The position numbers and the translations under genes were made by a program. This document shows positions 51,660-64,000 of a stretch of 64,000 nucleotides of DNA, in pieces; position 1 is the first letter of the stretch, and each line of letters opens with the position of its first letter. This DNA comes from Malacoraja senta (lineage: Eukaryota): contig CM075993.1 in assembly GCA_038087875.1 (NCBI GenBank), forward strand, positions 9,798,001 through 9,862,000, written 5' to 3'. The notes beneath the pieces are model-generated. The model saw nothing but the letters and a program-made list of their open reading frames with translations, made no database searches and was not told the DNA's origin.

Positions 51660-54600
51660 TAAATGTGGCATGTATGCAGAAAAAGGAAATCGATTCATTC
51701 TGATTTTGTTTGTTGTGCCGATGTTGAATGAGTAAAATGCTGTATCATCTTCAAGTCTTTGATCTTAAGTTGGGATGTGTTGTAGCAATTTTAAGCTATT
51801 TAGCAAAAGGTTACAGAATTAACATTTGCTGATCTTTCATTGAGTGAACTTTTGAAGGTTTAATGCTACTCATACAAGCATTTGTTTTGTTAAATGCCTT
51901 TACATGTAGCCCTCCCAGCGCATTAGTGTAATTCTGCAAAAACTATCTGGGATGGGAACAAAGTGAGTAATGGCATAATTGTATCAGACCTGGAGTGCTG
52001 TTTCGTCCCTTATTTTGCAGTTCACATAAGTTTTTACTCTGATGCAAGTGGACAAATTCACTTTTGCAGTAAGACACTACTAATCTTTAAAGATAGCTAT
52101 AAAGAGATCTGTGTGTTAAATGGATATCTATTCGCATTTAATTAATTGATTAGTAATGGACTTTTCAGATGGTAAGTGCAAAAATGTCATAAAGCTTTTC
52201 ATTGTTACACTGGGCATTGGAACCTGATTCAGTTTTCAGCTCACTTAGGGTCAGGTGTCAGGGGATAATTGGATGAGAATGAGAATACAAAATATACTTT
52301 CAAATATATTCCACTTTAAAATAAGATACATTGTTCTTGTTTTTACTTCTGTTATACATTCTGCTATTAACCAATGTGTTGTAAAGCAAATACAAGTTCA
52401 ACAGCAATATTTGTTAAAGTATAATTATAGCTGGTACATTGAGGAATCTGTATTCTGAATCCTAAGATTTCAGGAAATTATTAATTTGTATTATTATCAG
52501 GAAGATTAAATATAGATAGGAGCAAACTGAACAACTGGGTCTAGGATTTATTAACTGTAAAAATTGTGCTAATAGCTGATACATGGAAGGATATGTGTGT
52601 AATATTGTTACTGTGCAATCCAATAGAGAGAGAAGAATTCCAACCCTATAACACCAGAAACTGCTCGTAATTATACTCCTGACATTCTTTACTACGGCAA
52701 GGAAGAACAGCCCAACATCTAATAATGTTCTATTGGTGTTTAGTTTAATTCTTTGTTGCTTTATTCTTATCAGTCTATCGAAATCATCCAATATATCGTG
52801 ACAATCAATGTTGGCCATTGATTAACGTATCACTTTCAGTGACCTATGTCTTTTTGTCTAGTTATCCAAGTGAAATTTTTTGAAACTGTTTATCATTCTT
52901 GTAGCTTTCCTCTGAGTCTTTTCCAAGGCTGGTATATTACCCACCATATGAGTACACCAAAATGTTGTCTTTTAATCAATAATCAGAATAGGTTTCATGA
53001 TTCTTTTCCGTGTACATGGAATTAATTCTAAAATTGTTGCATGAACACCCTTGACACAGATCAGCACCCTCATACCCCACACCCCTTGATCACCCTGATA
53101 TCTCACTGTCCCAAGGCCAACATCTTCATATCACATTACTATGAGACTGGAGTCAAGGAAAGAGCGTGCACATCGCAGACCAGTTTCCACCAATCTTTCC
53201 ATCACCACGCACAAGAAGCGCAAGACAGACACCATTGTGCAGATGCCGAGAAGTGTGTTCAGCTCTGGCTGAACAACTTCTAATCTTGTGAGGATCCCAA
53301 CCCAAAACATCCATCCATGTTCTCCAGAGTTGCTGCCTGACCCGACGAGTTACTCCAGCACTGTGTCTTTTTTTGTAAACCAGCATCTGGAGTCCGTTGT
53401 GTCTCCACTCGCAGCCTACTCACATTAAATAAGTATGTATATAAAATATAATAATATCCTAAAGCTACCTGACTTTTATTACTGGATTTTCTAATTTTTA
53501 CCTTGGTAACCTTAGTAGCTTTTTCAGCTCCCAATCCTGCGAATTCTGCACCAACAAGACTGAGGGCAGTGGATGCAGAGGAACACTACCACCTACAGGT
53601 CGTAGTGCAAGTCGCTGCTACCTCCATACTGACTTGGAAAGACATTGCTGGTCGTTCATTACTGCACAATCCCAGACTCCCTGCCCTGGGACACTGCAAG
53701 AACACCTTCATCAAAAGGAGTGCAGCAGTTCAAGTAGGTGGCTTTCCCAGGTTAATTAGATATGCACAAAAATGCTGATGCTTACATCCCAAAAAATAAA
53801 TAAAAATCACGCTCAAAGTAGTGAACAATGTATGATTTGAAAACAACCGCTTTATTTTTGCACGTTAACAATCACTCATTATACTGTTTAAAGTTTGTTC
53901 TTGACAATCTCAGCACAACTCAAGGCTCCCGTGATCTGCATTGAACAAAACCCTGCATGCAATGGCGGCTGTGTAGGAAGGAACTGCAGATGCTGGTTTA
54001 CACCGAAGACAGACACAAAATGCTGGAGTAACTCAGTGAGAGGCAGCATCTCTAGAGAGAAGGAATAGGTGACGTTTTGGGTCGAGACCCTTCTTCAAAC
54101 TACTGGTTATGTGAGCTTGCATCCCCTTTGCCACTGGTACACTCAGCCCACTACACAATCTAGAGCAGGAAGTATGTAATAAATGGTAGGACTCGAGGGA
54201 GTATTGCAGAACAGAAACAAATGAGAGGTACATAGTGCAATGAAGTTGGCAACACAGCTGGACAAGGTGGTGAAGAAGGTGTTTGATACACTCGCCTTCA
54301 TTGATCAATGTCTTGAGTACAGGAGTTGGGATGTTATGTTGCCACTGTACAAGACATTGGTACGGCCACATTTGGAGTATTATGTGTAATTTTGTGCGAT
54401 AGGAAGGAAGTCATTAAACTGGAAATAGTGCAAGACAAAATTTGCAAGATCTGCAGGTCTTGTGTGAAAGATACATCTTCTAGATGCGCTGGGATGCATC
54501 CTCAGTGATGTGATCTGGGGTCATCGGGTGTTTCGGGTCTCACAACATCAGACACCCTCGCCCAGGCGACCCAGCTGGGGTTGATCAGGCCCCGACTTGC

Positions 54601-57600
54601 GTCCCAGTAGCAACCGCCCACGGATCAGCCCTCTTAATCCAAAGCCACCTAGTGGCTCTCTCTGCGGCTTCGCTTGCGGATTGAATGGCCCTCTTCTTTG
54701 CCAGCCCCGTAATGCCCAACTGGTTGAGGACTTTGCAGAGCGAGTGTCCTGCAAAGCCTCTACAGCCCTCCTCTATGGGCTCATGCAGCCATTCATTCCG
54801 GTTGCTGGCTGGGGGCCACTCAATTCATTGCTGTGGAACTACTCTGCAGGGGTTGGGAGACTCCAGTGAGTGGAGGGACTGGGCCCTGAGGGGTGAGTCC
54901 TGGCTGGGCTCCTCCTGCGTCTCACCAGGTTCAAGGCCTGTACGCTGCACCTCTTTCTCCTCCGAGCATTTCATTCTTGCCTGATGGATTTTTAGGCCAC
55001 AGTGGTTCTTACACAGGTTTCCGCAAATGCATCTTGTACTCGTAGTCAGGTCGTTTGCGTGGGTCAATAACCTTTGGTCCGTCCTATTAGAGATCTCATC
55101 CTCCCCCTCTCTCGGGATCTCCAGGGAGAGATAAGATACTGGATAGACAGGCTCTGTTTTCCCTTCAGCACAGGAGACTAAGTTGTGGCTTTAGGGTAGA
55201 GTTGTCAACAACTAGAGGGCATTGGTTTAAAGTGATAGGGGAAAGATTTTAATAGGATCTGAGATGTTTGGGACTTGTAATATCAAAGTTATATTTCTCC
55301 TGCAGCATTTTCAGAAATAAAGGTCTTTAATAGCTACAAGTTTATTTTTCATCATCATCAATTAGAAGAAGTTAGAAGATATTGAAACTTATGATATCCT
55401 GAGGGGTTTTGCAGGGTGGATGTTGAGAGGATGCTTCCGTTGTGAACTAGAGGGCACAGTCTCAGAGTAAGTGGTCAGTTACCAGAATGAGAAGAGGAGA
55501 AATGTCGTCTTTTCCATGGGTTTTAAATCTTTGGAGTTCTTTATCTAAGAAGCTGAGACACTGTGGACTGTTGAGATAATAATGTGAACTTCATGGGAAT
55601 CCCAGGGTCTGGGAAACAACCAGCAGCAAGGAACTGTGACCAAGAGTAAAACACAGTGCTGGAGTAATTCAGTGGGTCAATGGCATCTCTGGAAGACATG
55701 GATGGGTGACATTTGGGATTGGGACCCTTCTTCAATCTGTCACCACGATCAGCACAATATACTGTACAGCCAACTCCTGCTTCTATTATGATCTTATTAC
55801 ATTACAAAACCTTTTAAGATGATGAACATTTTTAGAGTTGGACACGTACTCAAGGTTGAGTAACTTACTGGGTTATGGACAAAAAAGGGAGGTTGTCAGT
55901 GTGGTACCTCCTCCAAAAAGGCTAGTCTGCCTCCTTCATGCTACCATTGTCTGTGATTCTTAATGGCATGCATACATCATAGAGGAGGTGATCAGAGTAT
56001 GGAAGAAGTTCAAGAGTATCCATTGGCAGCGGCGGGGAAGGATGAGAAGCAATGTGTCAGACCATGCTGGGTCGACAAAGGGTGACCACATCACTGACAA
56101 GGCACAGGATGAGAGACTTGGTCCTATATCCACCAGTGACCCCCTTGTATAATCCATTGTTTCTATTAAAAAAGTAACATAAATGTCAAGAGTCAAGAGA
56201 GTTTTATTGTCATGTGTCCCAGATAGGACAATGAAATTCTTGCTTGCTGCAGCACAACAGAACATAATACAGAACGGGAGATAAAAGTTCAGTGTGTCTA
56301 TACCATAGACCATATATATACACAGTAAATAAACAGATAAAGTGCAATAGGCTGTTATTGTTCAGAGTTTGTTTGATGGCGAGTTTAATAGCCTGATGGC
56401 TGTGGGGAAGAGACTGTTCCTGAACATGGATGTTCCAGATTTCAGGGTCCTGTACCTTCTTCCCGATGGCAACGGAGAGATGAGTGTGTGGCTAGGATGG
56501 TGTGGGTCTTTGATGATGTTGGCAGCCTTTGTTCTCTGGCACATCAAAAATCTAACTTATTCTCAGTTTATAATACCAATAAATTAAGTTGATTTAACAT
56601 CTATGCTGAGTATAATCTGTACATTTAATACTCATGTCATGACACTCATTCAATCAGAAATTAGAACCGGTAGATACCTCTGGTGAGGGAAACCTCTGGT
56701 TCTCTCCCATCGTTGCCAACAATATGGACACCAGAGGGCAGTGTAGCCACAAGCATCTCATCAATGGGAGACACAACATACTGGAGAAACTCAGCGTGTC
56801 AGGCAGCATCTCTGGAGAATATGGATCTGAAGATGGGTCCCAACCCAAGACGTCACCTATCCACTTTCTCCAGAGGTGCTTCCTGACCCATTGAACCTGG
56901 AGTCTCCAATAACTTGTTGGCTTTCAGTAAGGTGAGAGGTGGAAAGTTTAATGGAGATGTGTGGGGCAAGCTTTTTACACAGAGTGGTGGGGACCCGGAC
57001 TGTATTGCGGGGGGTGATTGTAGAGGCTGATATGATAGTGGCGTTTAAAAGGTTTTAGGTGGGCATGGAAGGAAGTGCACGGAATGGATGGATATGGATC
57101 ATGTAGGGAGATATCAGTTTAACGGCATCATGTTCGGCACAAATATTGTGGGCCGCAGGGCCTGTTCCTATGCTGCACTGTTCTACATTCTAAGTAACTC
57201 TGGGTCACTAGAGGTTAAGAAGGCCCTGGATGATCAATCTGGTGTGGTGCCAGGATCCAGACTGACTACTTTAATGTAATTTTTGAGTCACAAGTTAAGA
57301 ATGTTTAATTATCAAATGTACTGACAACGGAATAATGAAATTCTTTCTTGCTGCAGCTTAACAGACCAGTAAACACAATAACTCCAGATAAATCTATTAC
57401 TTTGCTGTTAAAACACAATGTAGGTACTATAACACCAGGATAAGAGCTCAACCAATAAAACCAAGCCTTATAAAGTAGTATCTAAACTAAAGATAGACAC
57501 AAAATGCTGGAGTAACTCAGCGGGTCAAGCAGCATCTCTGGAGAGAAGGAATGGGTGATGTTTCGGGTCAAGACCTTTCTTCAGGCTGAACTAACAGATC

Positions 57601-60600
57601 TAAACTACCTATACACACTTATGCTATAGGACAATAACTAACTTCTTATTCAGTAATATGCTATCTACATGTTATCAAACACACAGGCTAAATGTTTAAC
57701 CAAGAAGGTAGACAAAATTGCTGGAGAAACTCAGCGGGTGCGGCAGCATCTATGGAGCGAAGGAAACAGGCAACGTTTCGGCCCGAAACGTTGCCTATTT
57801 CCTTCGCTCCATAGATGCTGCCTCACCCGCTGAGTTTCTCCAGCAATTTTGTCTACCTTCGATTTTCCAGCATCTGCAGTTCCTTCTTGAACTGTTTAAC
57901 CAAGAAACCCTATCCCAATCCTTTTTGAGAATCGAACTCAGTTAAACTATGGGACAACAAAAACTAGGTGTGTAGATGCCAGTATATCATTGGGGTTATC
58001 AAATGGGCACCTCCCTTCACTGGTGCTTTGTTGAGTTAGGCCCACAACACCTTGGGAAGGCTCAACAGTTAGTTCTGGTGTTCCAGAACCACCACCCCTC
58101 AATACCTGCTCTGACCACCCAATGCTACCAGTATGCAGTACTAAGCAGTTAACTATGTAAATGTTTACTAAATAAAAGAAATCACAGCCGATTGATTCAA
58201 CACTTAAACAAATGCTAAACACTTGTGTCTTGTCTTACATTTATCCTAACCCTCCATCAAACAATTGTAGTGCCACTAATATCAACCTCACATATAAAAC
58301 CGGAAGGAATGCACTTACTGGGTGTTAGACATTTCCTAAGATAGACACAAAAAAGCTGGAGTAACTCAGCGGGACAAGCAATATCTCTGGAGGGAAGGAC
58401 TGGGTGACGAATTCTGAAGAAGGGTCTCGACCTGAAACGTCGCCTGTCCCACTGAGTTACTCCAGCTTTTTGTGTCTATCTTCGGCTTAAACCAGCATCT
58501 GCAGTTCCTTCCAACACGTTATACATTTCATTTCTGCCTCCAACTGACACTGTTTCTTCACCAGATCCACTTATTGCTTTGCTCTGCTGCCTCTGACGTC
58601 TCCTTTACAGCCTGACGCAAACTCTGCCCGTGAATTATGATAATATAATAAATTAATAATGATATTACTAGTTAACCATAATAGTGCATTATTAAAACCA
58701 GTCCACAGTCTTTGACTGTACACAGCATGTCTTGGGATCCTGTCATCATGTCAATGGAAACAGGACAATTATCATATTTGTTTAATAGTTCTATCCTCTT
58801 TATCATGTGTGATACCAGTGCAAAAACTGTTGAAAGCATACAATACTTTACTATCTAACCTAACTTGATCTGAAGCTGATAGTTATTAGATGGGCAGCAG
58901 CGTTGATGATTCACCACCCTCCTGGGCAGCATTAAACTATGTTGTGGAATGTCAATTGCTTCAATTATATCCTGCAGATGGTGAGAGGAGGGGCAGGGGG
59001 GGCTCCCAAGAAAGTTGAGCAGATGTGTTTCCATTTAATCACGACCCTTGTCCCACATAGCTGCACCGATGTTTGATGGCTATTAGTGGATGAGTGAATA
59101 ATAACAGGCTAAAGATAATCATCATGGCAGTGCTCTAACTGGTTCCACCAGATGTGCCACAGAGATGATTCATCTCCGCTTCCTTCTGCGATCACCCCCC
59201 ACCACATAAGCTGCTTCATTTTAGTTTAGAGATACAGTGTGGAAACAGGCCCTTTGGCCCACCGAGTCCACGCCGCACAGCAATCACCCGTACACCAGTT
59301 CTATCCTGCACACTAGGGACAATTTACAGAAGCCAATTAACCTACAGACCAGCACGTCTTTTGGAGTGTGGGAGGAAACCAGAGCACCCCGAGAAAACCC
59401 TCGCGGTCACAGGGAGAATGTACAAACTCCGTACAGACAGCACCCATAGTCAAGATCAAACCTGGGTTTCTGGCGCCGTAAGGCAGCAACGCTACCGCTG
59501 CGCCACTGTGCTGCCCCCTCCAAACTATTTCAATTTACGCTGTGTGACATGGTTTAGGTTAAGGTTTAGGTTTATTATTGTCGCGTGTACTGAGGTACAG
59601 CAAAAAGCTTTCTTTTGCACGCTATCCAATCAGATCAGATAATACAATACATAAATGCAATCAAGTCGAACTCAACTGCAATAGAGAGAGCAAAGGGGAA
59701 GAGTGCAGAATATAGTTCTCAGCACTGCAACACATCAGTTCCATTGACAAAGTCCAATTTCCACAATGGGGTGGAATTGAATTGGACAATACCTTAGCCC
59801 ATGGAAGGACTGTTCAGAAGCCTGATAACAGAGGGGAAGAAGCTGTTCCTGAGTCTGGCGGTGCGCGCCTTCAACCTTCTGTACCTTCTGCTGCACAGGT
59901 GGAGGAAGAAGAAGGAATGGGACAAATCTTTGATTATGTTGGCTGTTTTTCCAAGGCAGCGTGAAGTGTAGATGGAGTCAACGGTGGGAAGTCTAGTTTG
60001 TGTGATGTCCTGGGCTACATCTTCTGTGCTCTCTGCAATTTCTTGTGGTCTTGGGTAGAGCACATGATTTAGCAAAGATTACAGAGATACTTGGGTCTTG
60101 CTACGCGTAATATGTGCAAGTGAACAGAACCATGAGGAAGAAAATTGGTGTGTCTGTTTCCCACTTCTGATGAAAGGCCACTGACCTGAAACACTTACTC
60201 AGTTTCTCTCACCACAGAAGCTGCCTGACATGCTGAATATTTCCAGAATTTCCTGTTTTCAGTCCAGAAGGCAGCGCAGATTGATCCGGTCTGTGTGAAG
60301 TTGGCACCTTCTCTCTGTGACCGGGTGGGATTCCACCGGAAACTCCAGTTTCCTCCCACATCCCCCCAAAAAACGCAGGTCGATGAGTTAATGGGCTGAA
60401 TTAAATTGCCCCAAGTAAGGAGGGAATTGGTGGGAATGTGGAGAAAATAAAGTGGGACTTGAGCAGGATTAATGTAAACAAGAGGTCGATGGTCGGCCCA
60501 GACTTGGTGTGCTGTCGTGGTTATTTCTGTTTGTTTTATTACAGTACCTGCCTCAACTACTTCCTCCGGTAGCTCGTTCCACATTCCCACCACCCTCTGT

Positions 60601-63600
60601 GTGAAAAAGTTGCCCCTCCGGTTCCTATTATATCTTTCCCCTCTCACCTTAAACTATACCTTCTAGCTCTTAATTCCCCAACTCTGGATAAATGACTGTG
60701 CATTCACACTATCTGTTCCACTTATGATTTTATACACCTCTATAAGATCACCCCTCAGCCTCTTGTGCTGTTAGGAATAAAATCCCAGCCTGTCCAAGCT
60801 CTCTCTGTAGTTCAGGCTGGTGAGGATTAATGACCCTCTGATGTTGCTTCTTATGTTGTGAATGTTCAGTCTCCATTCACTGTGAATACCAGAGACATTT
60901 GGAGTGTGAAGAATCTGTGGTCCCATCGTACTCTCCTCAATCACCATCACAGCAGCCATTCCACGACAGGCCTCCACTCCTCCAGTCAGCCAGGGCGCTC
61001 CTGAATCTGCAGCAGAGTATGGAAATTACGCCTCTGCTTCTCAATCTAATTGTCTTTTATAATTCGGAGAGAGGCAGACCCCGGGGGCTGACCTGACGTT
61101 GATTGAGTTGAGGTGACACTCGCTCTGTGTCACATTAGTCCAGGCAGAGGCTGCAGGAACAGCATCTGGTTCTGAGCTGCCCTGACCACCCTCAGCTGGT
61201 TGGAGGTCACTCAAAAAATGGAACGCCAGGAAACGGCATCGATAAATCGCACTTTGATAAACTTACTCGTCAACCTGTGGCACAGAAGAGGATTAATGGG
61301 GCAAGTACAGGCTGAGCCTCACACACTCCCACAGACTGCTTGCGTTTCATGGGATATGGGGAGAAAGCAGGAACGGGGTACTGATTTTGGAAGATCAACC
61401 ATGCCCATATTGAATGGCGGTGCTGGCTCGAAGGGCCGAATGGCCTACTCCTGCACCTATTTTCTATGTTTCTATGTTGCACCTCATTCCAAACCCAGTC
61501 TGAAGCAGAGTCACTGATTGCCCAGAAATCATGGGGTGCTCTGACAGGTCTCTTGGATGGGTGTAAATATCACCAACAGTTTGTCCTGGACCAACCACAG
61601 AGAAGCCATGGTCCAGAAAGCACACCCATGCCTCTACTTCCTCAGAGGATAAAGGAAGTTTGGCATGTCTGCGACAACTCACACCAACTTCTACAGATGC
61701 ACCATAGAAAGCATCCAATCGCGATAAATCACAGCTTGGTTTGGCAACAGCTTGTGGATGTGGCCCAGTCCAGATTCCCCCCCCCACCCCGCCATCGACT
61801 CCATCTTCACTTCACACTGCCTCAGGAAGGCTACCAACATATTCAAGGACCATTTTCACCCAGATCATTCCCCTTTCCACCTCTCCTGCTGGGCAGGAAG
61901 TACAAAAGCTTGAAAGCACGTCCCACCATTCAGCAACAGCCTCTTCCCCACCGTCATCAGACTACAACACAGCCTGATAGCCCCCAAAATCCAGGTACCA
62001 ATATCAGGATCCTAAATCCCTCCTGTACCCAAACATCAACGCTGTCCCAATGTTCAGGCCATTGACTCCACCATTGATGTTTGGCTTGAGGATGCAGAGA
62101 TTGATACCTGGATTTTTGCGGGCTGTCGCGATGTTAGGATATTGATGGAGATTGTTAGATATTCCAAGTGGGATATTGGCAGTAATATTGGATGTTGAGG
62201 GTTACCAGCATAATGGGATACCGGCAGTGATCCCAAATATTAGGATCCTCATAGGGAGTTACAGCGTGGACATAGGCCCTAAAGGCCATCGAATACACTG
62301 ACTGTCAACCACCCACTTTACACTAATCCTATATTAATCCCATTGTTTTTTTAACCACGCATATTATCTTCAACTTCCCCAGAGTCTACCACTTACCTAC
62401 ACGCTGGGTGTAATTTGCAGTGGACAATTAGCCTACTGACTCTGCAGGAGGATGGGGCCATTCCCGCCGAGTGTGATTGCAGGGAGATGGACGTGGACAA
62501 CCCTTCCCCAACAACCTCTGACTGGGGACAATGCAGCAGCTGTCCTGGTTGTACAGCGAGGCTGTAGGATCGAGCATGTGTGGCAGCATTGTGGCACAGC
62601 GGTAGAGCTGCTGCCTCCCAGCCCCAGAGAACCGGGTTCGATCCTGACTATGGGGGCTATCAATATGGAGTTTGCACGTTCTCCCAGTGACCGCGTGGGT
62701 TTTCCCCGGGTGCTCCGGTTTAGAGAGTCAAAGAGCGAGAGAGTAATACAGTGTGGAAACAGGCCCTTCGGCCCAACGTGCCCACACCGCCCAGCTACAC
62801 TAGGCCCAGCTGTCCGCGTTTGGCCCATATCCCTCCAAACCTATCCAGTGTCCTTTCCTTCCACATTCCAAATACACGCAGGTTTTTCAGTTAATTGGCC
62901 TCTGTAAAATGGCCCTAATGTCTAGGATAGAACTAGTGTATGGGTGATTGTTGGTCGGTGCGGACTTGGTGGGCCAAAGATCAGTTTCCATCCTGTTCCT
63001 CTGAAATAAATTATTTTAATTTCAACAGATTTTTAGTTCCAGTTTTGTCTGGGACCAAGTGCAGTGGGATTGCCTCGTCCTGGGAGATTGGCCATGGTGA
63101 CCACTGATTCTGCCCAGGCAGGTAAGTGAGTATCACTCAGTGGGATGTGGGAACAGAGAGGCCAACACAATTGAATGCAGGACTAAAGAGGGGAGGGAGG
63201 TAACTCTGAGACGCAATCAGTTAGAGTTAGTGGATAAAACTATGGCCGGTGGAGGTTACTGGAGAATGTGGGGAGGGGGGAGAGGTCACTCTAGATCCAA
63301 GAGAGCAAAAAGGAACGATTGGTGAATGGAGAAAGACCAAGAGAGTGAGGCTGGGAGTTCTGGCTCCCTCTACACCAACCACTAAAAGCAAGTGCGGAAA
63401 CATCACCAGCCAAAGTGCCTAATGGAAGATTGGTTTTCATCTCATGGGGCTGGAGTGTAGAGGGCAGGAAGCCCTGGGCAATTACCAGAAGGTCTCTCTT
63501 CAGCTATTTGTGGATGAAAGACATCTTTACAGGAAGTGTCCTGGTCTCCAGTGAAAGGGTATTTAATCCAGGTTTAACTATAACATCTGTCTTCATAAAT

Positions 63601-64000
63601 TTCTTCACAGCTTTTTAATATATGAATTAAATGTACATAATCTGCTTGCATTTATTGGTTGGGGGTTTGAGTACAAGAGTCAGGAAGTCATGTTGCAGCT
63701 GTATAAAATTCTGGTCAGGCCACATTTGGAATGTTGTGTGCAGTTTTGGTCACCCCATTACAGGATACATGTGGTGGCTTTGGAGAGGGTGCAGAGGAGG
63801 TTTGCCAGGGTGCTGCCTGGATTAGAGGGTGATTAGTCCACAAGTCTGAGAGCAGTGGGGAAAAAGCTGTTCTTAAGTCTGGACATCTGGGCTTTCAGGC
63901 TCCTGTATCTTCTCCCAGAAGGGCGAAGAGAGAAAAGGGACTGGCCAGGGTGGCAGGCAACCATCACAATATGTCCAGCTTTCCTGATGCAACATACCAT

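Larger units (their letters stand above)
42276..64000 (-). repeat. Arm 2 of the inverted duplication
   Basis: Starts at the first base after the N gap (ataagcaagagtcatcc = reverse complement of the sequence ending at 28867) and runs to the window end. Confidence 0.98.

Overview
Repeat-rich vertebrate genomic DNA. The repeat content (CR1, V-SINE-type tRNA SINEs, Penelope-derived short repeats) suggests a cartilaginous fish such as a skate or ray; this is an inference. The main structure is a near-perfect inverted duplication of at least 21.7 kb (7148-28867 mirrored at 42276-64000). Its second arm starts exactly at a 200-N gap, so it may be a false duplication (inverted haplotig). The only host gene I can support is the 3' part of slc25a44: penultimate exon 29501-29628 (single copy) and last exon 21275-21462, mirrored at 49682-49870. 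The spacer between the arms holds a ~11 kb head-to-tail array of six units with Helitron-type ends (3' hairpin CAGACCC-AAC-GGGTCTG plus CTRR) and long homopyrimidine tracts; one unit carries an L1 fragment in place of its tract. Also present: an IR/DR Tc1 element, a Harbinger-like MITE, an internally deleted HERO-like element, a degenerate U1 snRNA fragment, and many short Penelope-derived repeats with minimal hammerhead-ribozyme cores, several palindromic with their own TSDs. Most ORF-track entries are transposon fragments or spurious.
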